This document shows, in pieces, positions 61,872-64,000 of a stretch of DNA of 64,000 bases. Both the position numbers and the translations under genes were made by a program. Under the pieces are notes generated by a model. It was not told the DNA's origin. It searched no databases and was given only the letters and a program-made list of their open reading frames with translations. The DNA is from Macrostomum lignano (Eukaryota): NCBI GenBank assembly GCA_002269645.1, contig NIVC01001442.1, positions 62,043 through 126,042 on the forward strand, in the 5' to 3' direction. The first letter of the stretch is position 1; each line of letters begins with the position of its first letter.

Positions 61872-63785
61872 CCCGGAGTGGGTTGGATGATTCCGGAGTG
61901 GGGTGGATGATTAATGATTCCGGAGTGGGATGGGTGATTAATGATTCCGGAGTGGGATGGATGATTAATGATTCCGGAGTGGGATGGATGATTAATGATT
62001 CCGGAGTGGGATGGGTGATTAATGATTCCGGAGTGGGATGGATGATTAATGATTCCGGAGTGGGATGGATGATTAATGATTCCGGAGTGGGATGGATGAT
62101 TAATGATTCCGGAGTGGGATGGATGATTAATGATTCCGGAGTGGGATGGATGATTAATGATTCCGGAGTGGGATGGATGATTAATGATTCCGGAGTGGGA
62201 TGGATGATTAATGATTCCGGAGTGGGATGGATGATTAATGATTCCGGAGTGGGATGGATGATTAATGATTCCGGAGTGGGATGGATGATTAATGATTCCG
62301 GAGTGGGATGGATGATTAATGATTCCGGAGTGGGATGGATGATTAATGATTCCGGAGTGGGATGGATGATTAATGATTCTGGAGTGGGATGGATGATTCC
62401 GAAGTGGGGTGAATGATTCCGGAGTGGGGTGGATGAGTCCGAAGTGGGGTGGATGAGTCCGAAGTAGGGTGAATGATTCCAGAGTGGGGTGGATGATTCC
62501 GGAGTGGGGTGGATGAGTCTGGAGTGGGGTGGATGATTCCGGAGTGGGGTGGATGAGTCTGGAGTGGGGTGGATGATTCCGGAGTGGGGTGGATGAGTCT
62601 GGAGTGGGGTGGATGATTCTAGAGTGGGTGAATGATTAATGATTCCGGAGTGGGGTGAATGATTCCGGAGTGGGGTGGATGATTCTAGAGTGGGGTGGAT
62701 GATTCCGGAGTGGGGTGGATGATTCCGGAGTGGGGTGGATGGTTCTAGAGTGGGGTGGATTGTTCCGGAGTGGGGTGGATGATTCCGGAGTGGGGTGGAT
62801 GATTTCGGAGTGGGGTGGATGATTCCGGAGTGGGTGGATGATTCTAGAGTGCGTGAATGATTAATGATTCCGGAGTGGGGTGGATGAGTCTGGAGTGGGG
62901 TGAATGATTCCGGTGTGGGGTGGATGATTCCGAAGTGGGGTGGATGGTTCCGGAGTGGGGTGGATGATTCCGGAGTGGGGTGGATGAGTCTGGAGTGGGG
63001 TGGATGATTCCGGAGTGGGGTGGATGATTCCGGAGTGGGTGGATGATTCTAGAGTGGGTGAATGATTAATGATTCCGGAGTGGGGTGAATGATTCCGGAG
63101 TGGGGTGAATGATTCCGGAGTGGGGTGGATGAGTCTGGAGTGGGGTGAATGATTCCGGAGTGGGGTGGATGAGTCTGGAGTGGGGTGAATGATTCCGGAG
63201 TGGGTTGGATGCTACTGGAGTGGGGTGGATGCTCTCGGAGTGGGGTGGATGATTCCGGAGTGGGGTGGATGGTTCTGGAGTGGGGTGGATTGTTCCGGAG
63301 TGGGGTGGATGATTCCGGAGTGGGTTGGATGCTACTGGAGTGGGGTGGATGCTCTCGGAGTGGAGTGGATGTTTACTGAGTGGGGTGGATGCAATCGGAG
63401 TGGGGTGAATGCAATCGGAGTGGGGTGGATGCTACTGGAGTGGGCGGATGCTACTGGAGTGGGGTGGATGATTCTAGAGTGGGTGGATGATTAATGATTC
63501 TGGAGTGGGGTGGATGATTCCGGAGTGGGGTGGATGGTTCTGGAGTGGGGTGGATGATTCCGGAGTGGGGTGGATGGTTCTGGAGTGGGGTGGATGATTC
63601 CGGAGTGGGTTGGATGCTACTGGAGTGGAGTGGATGCTTACTGAGTGGGGTGGATGCAATCGGAGTGGGGTGGATGCTACTGGAGTGGGGTGGATGCTAC
63701 TTTAGTGGGGTCGATTCTACTGGAGTGGAGGGTTGGATGATTCCAGAGTGGGGTGGATGCTCCTGGAGTGGAGTGGTAGTCTAGA
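61872..63785. repeat. G-rich intronic array with 27-bp and 20-bp units
   Basis: GATGATTAATGATTCCGGAGTGGGATG followed by GATGATTCCGGAGTGGGGTG variants. Confidence 0.98.
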
Positions 63786-64000
63786 ATTAAAAATTTAATA
63801 GTGGACTGGGTTGCCTCAGTGTAAAAATGTTTCGGTAATTATCCAAACAAATTGATATTCATTTGACGCCAAACAGTTCGTCATACTGAAATAATGAATT
63901 ACAATTATGCACTCGAGTTCGTAAGGACGTTTCCTGTGACTCAAATCCAAGGAAAGCAAAATTGGAGCTCTGTCGAGGTCATTCAGTGCAATAGTTGGGT

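Noticed and set aside
63786-64000. Upstream PAS exon of Elk
   Set aside because: No matching reading frame or phase-1 donor was found; it lies beyond the window.

Overview
Metazoan genomic DNA, not prokaryotic. GC-rich exons and minisatellite-filled introns suggest a Macrostomum-like flatworm, but this is inference only. Four spliced protein-coding genes were reconstructed by hand with phase-consistent junctions. (1) A 5'-incomplete, bilobed, GPI-tailed melanotransferrin-like gene (+, 2039-7773). (2) A complete ORMDL (-, 9213-9795). (3) A complete Mad/MXD bHLH-Zip repressor (+, 28472-43344). (4) A 5'-incomplete Elk/Kv12 (KCNH8-like) K+ channel (-, 45340-61832). There is also a tRNA-Gly(GCC), a pristine hAT MITE with an 8-bp TSD, two copies of a PIF/Harbinger-like MITE, a possible decayed vertnin/OTU-like fragment and about 30 tandem arrays. 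Almost all long ORFs in the supplied track are repeat artefacts. The most unusual signals are these: every intron longer than about 200 nt carries its own minisatellite; many otherwise different arrays share a GAGTG/CACTC core; two or more GC-AG introns occur among about 21 introns; and both transferrin lobes have lost canonical iron ligands. No CRISPR array or autonomous transposon was found. All coordinates and counts are hand-derived.
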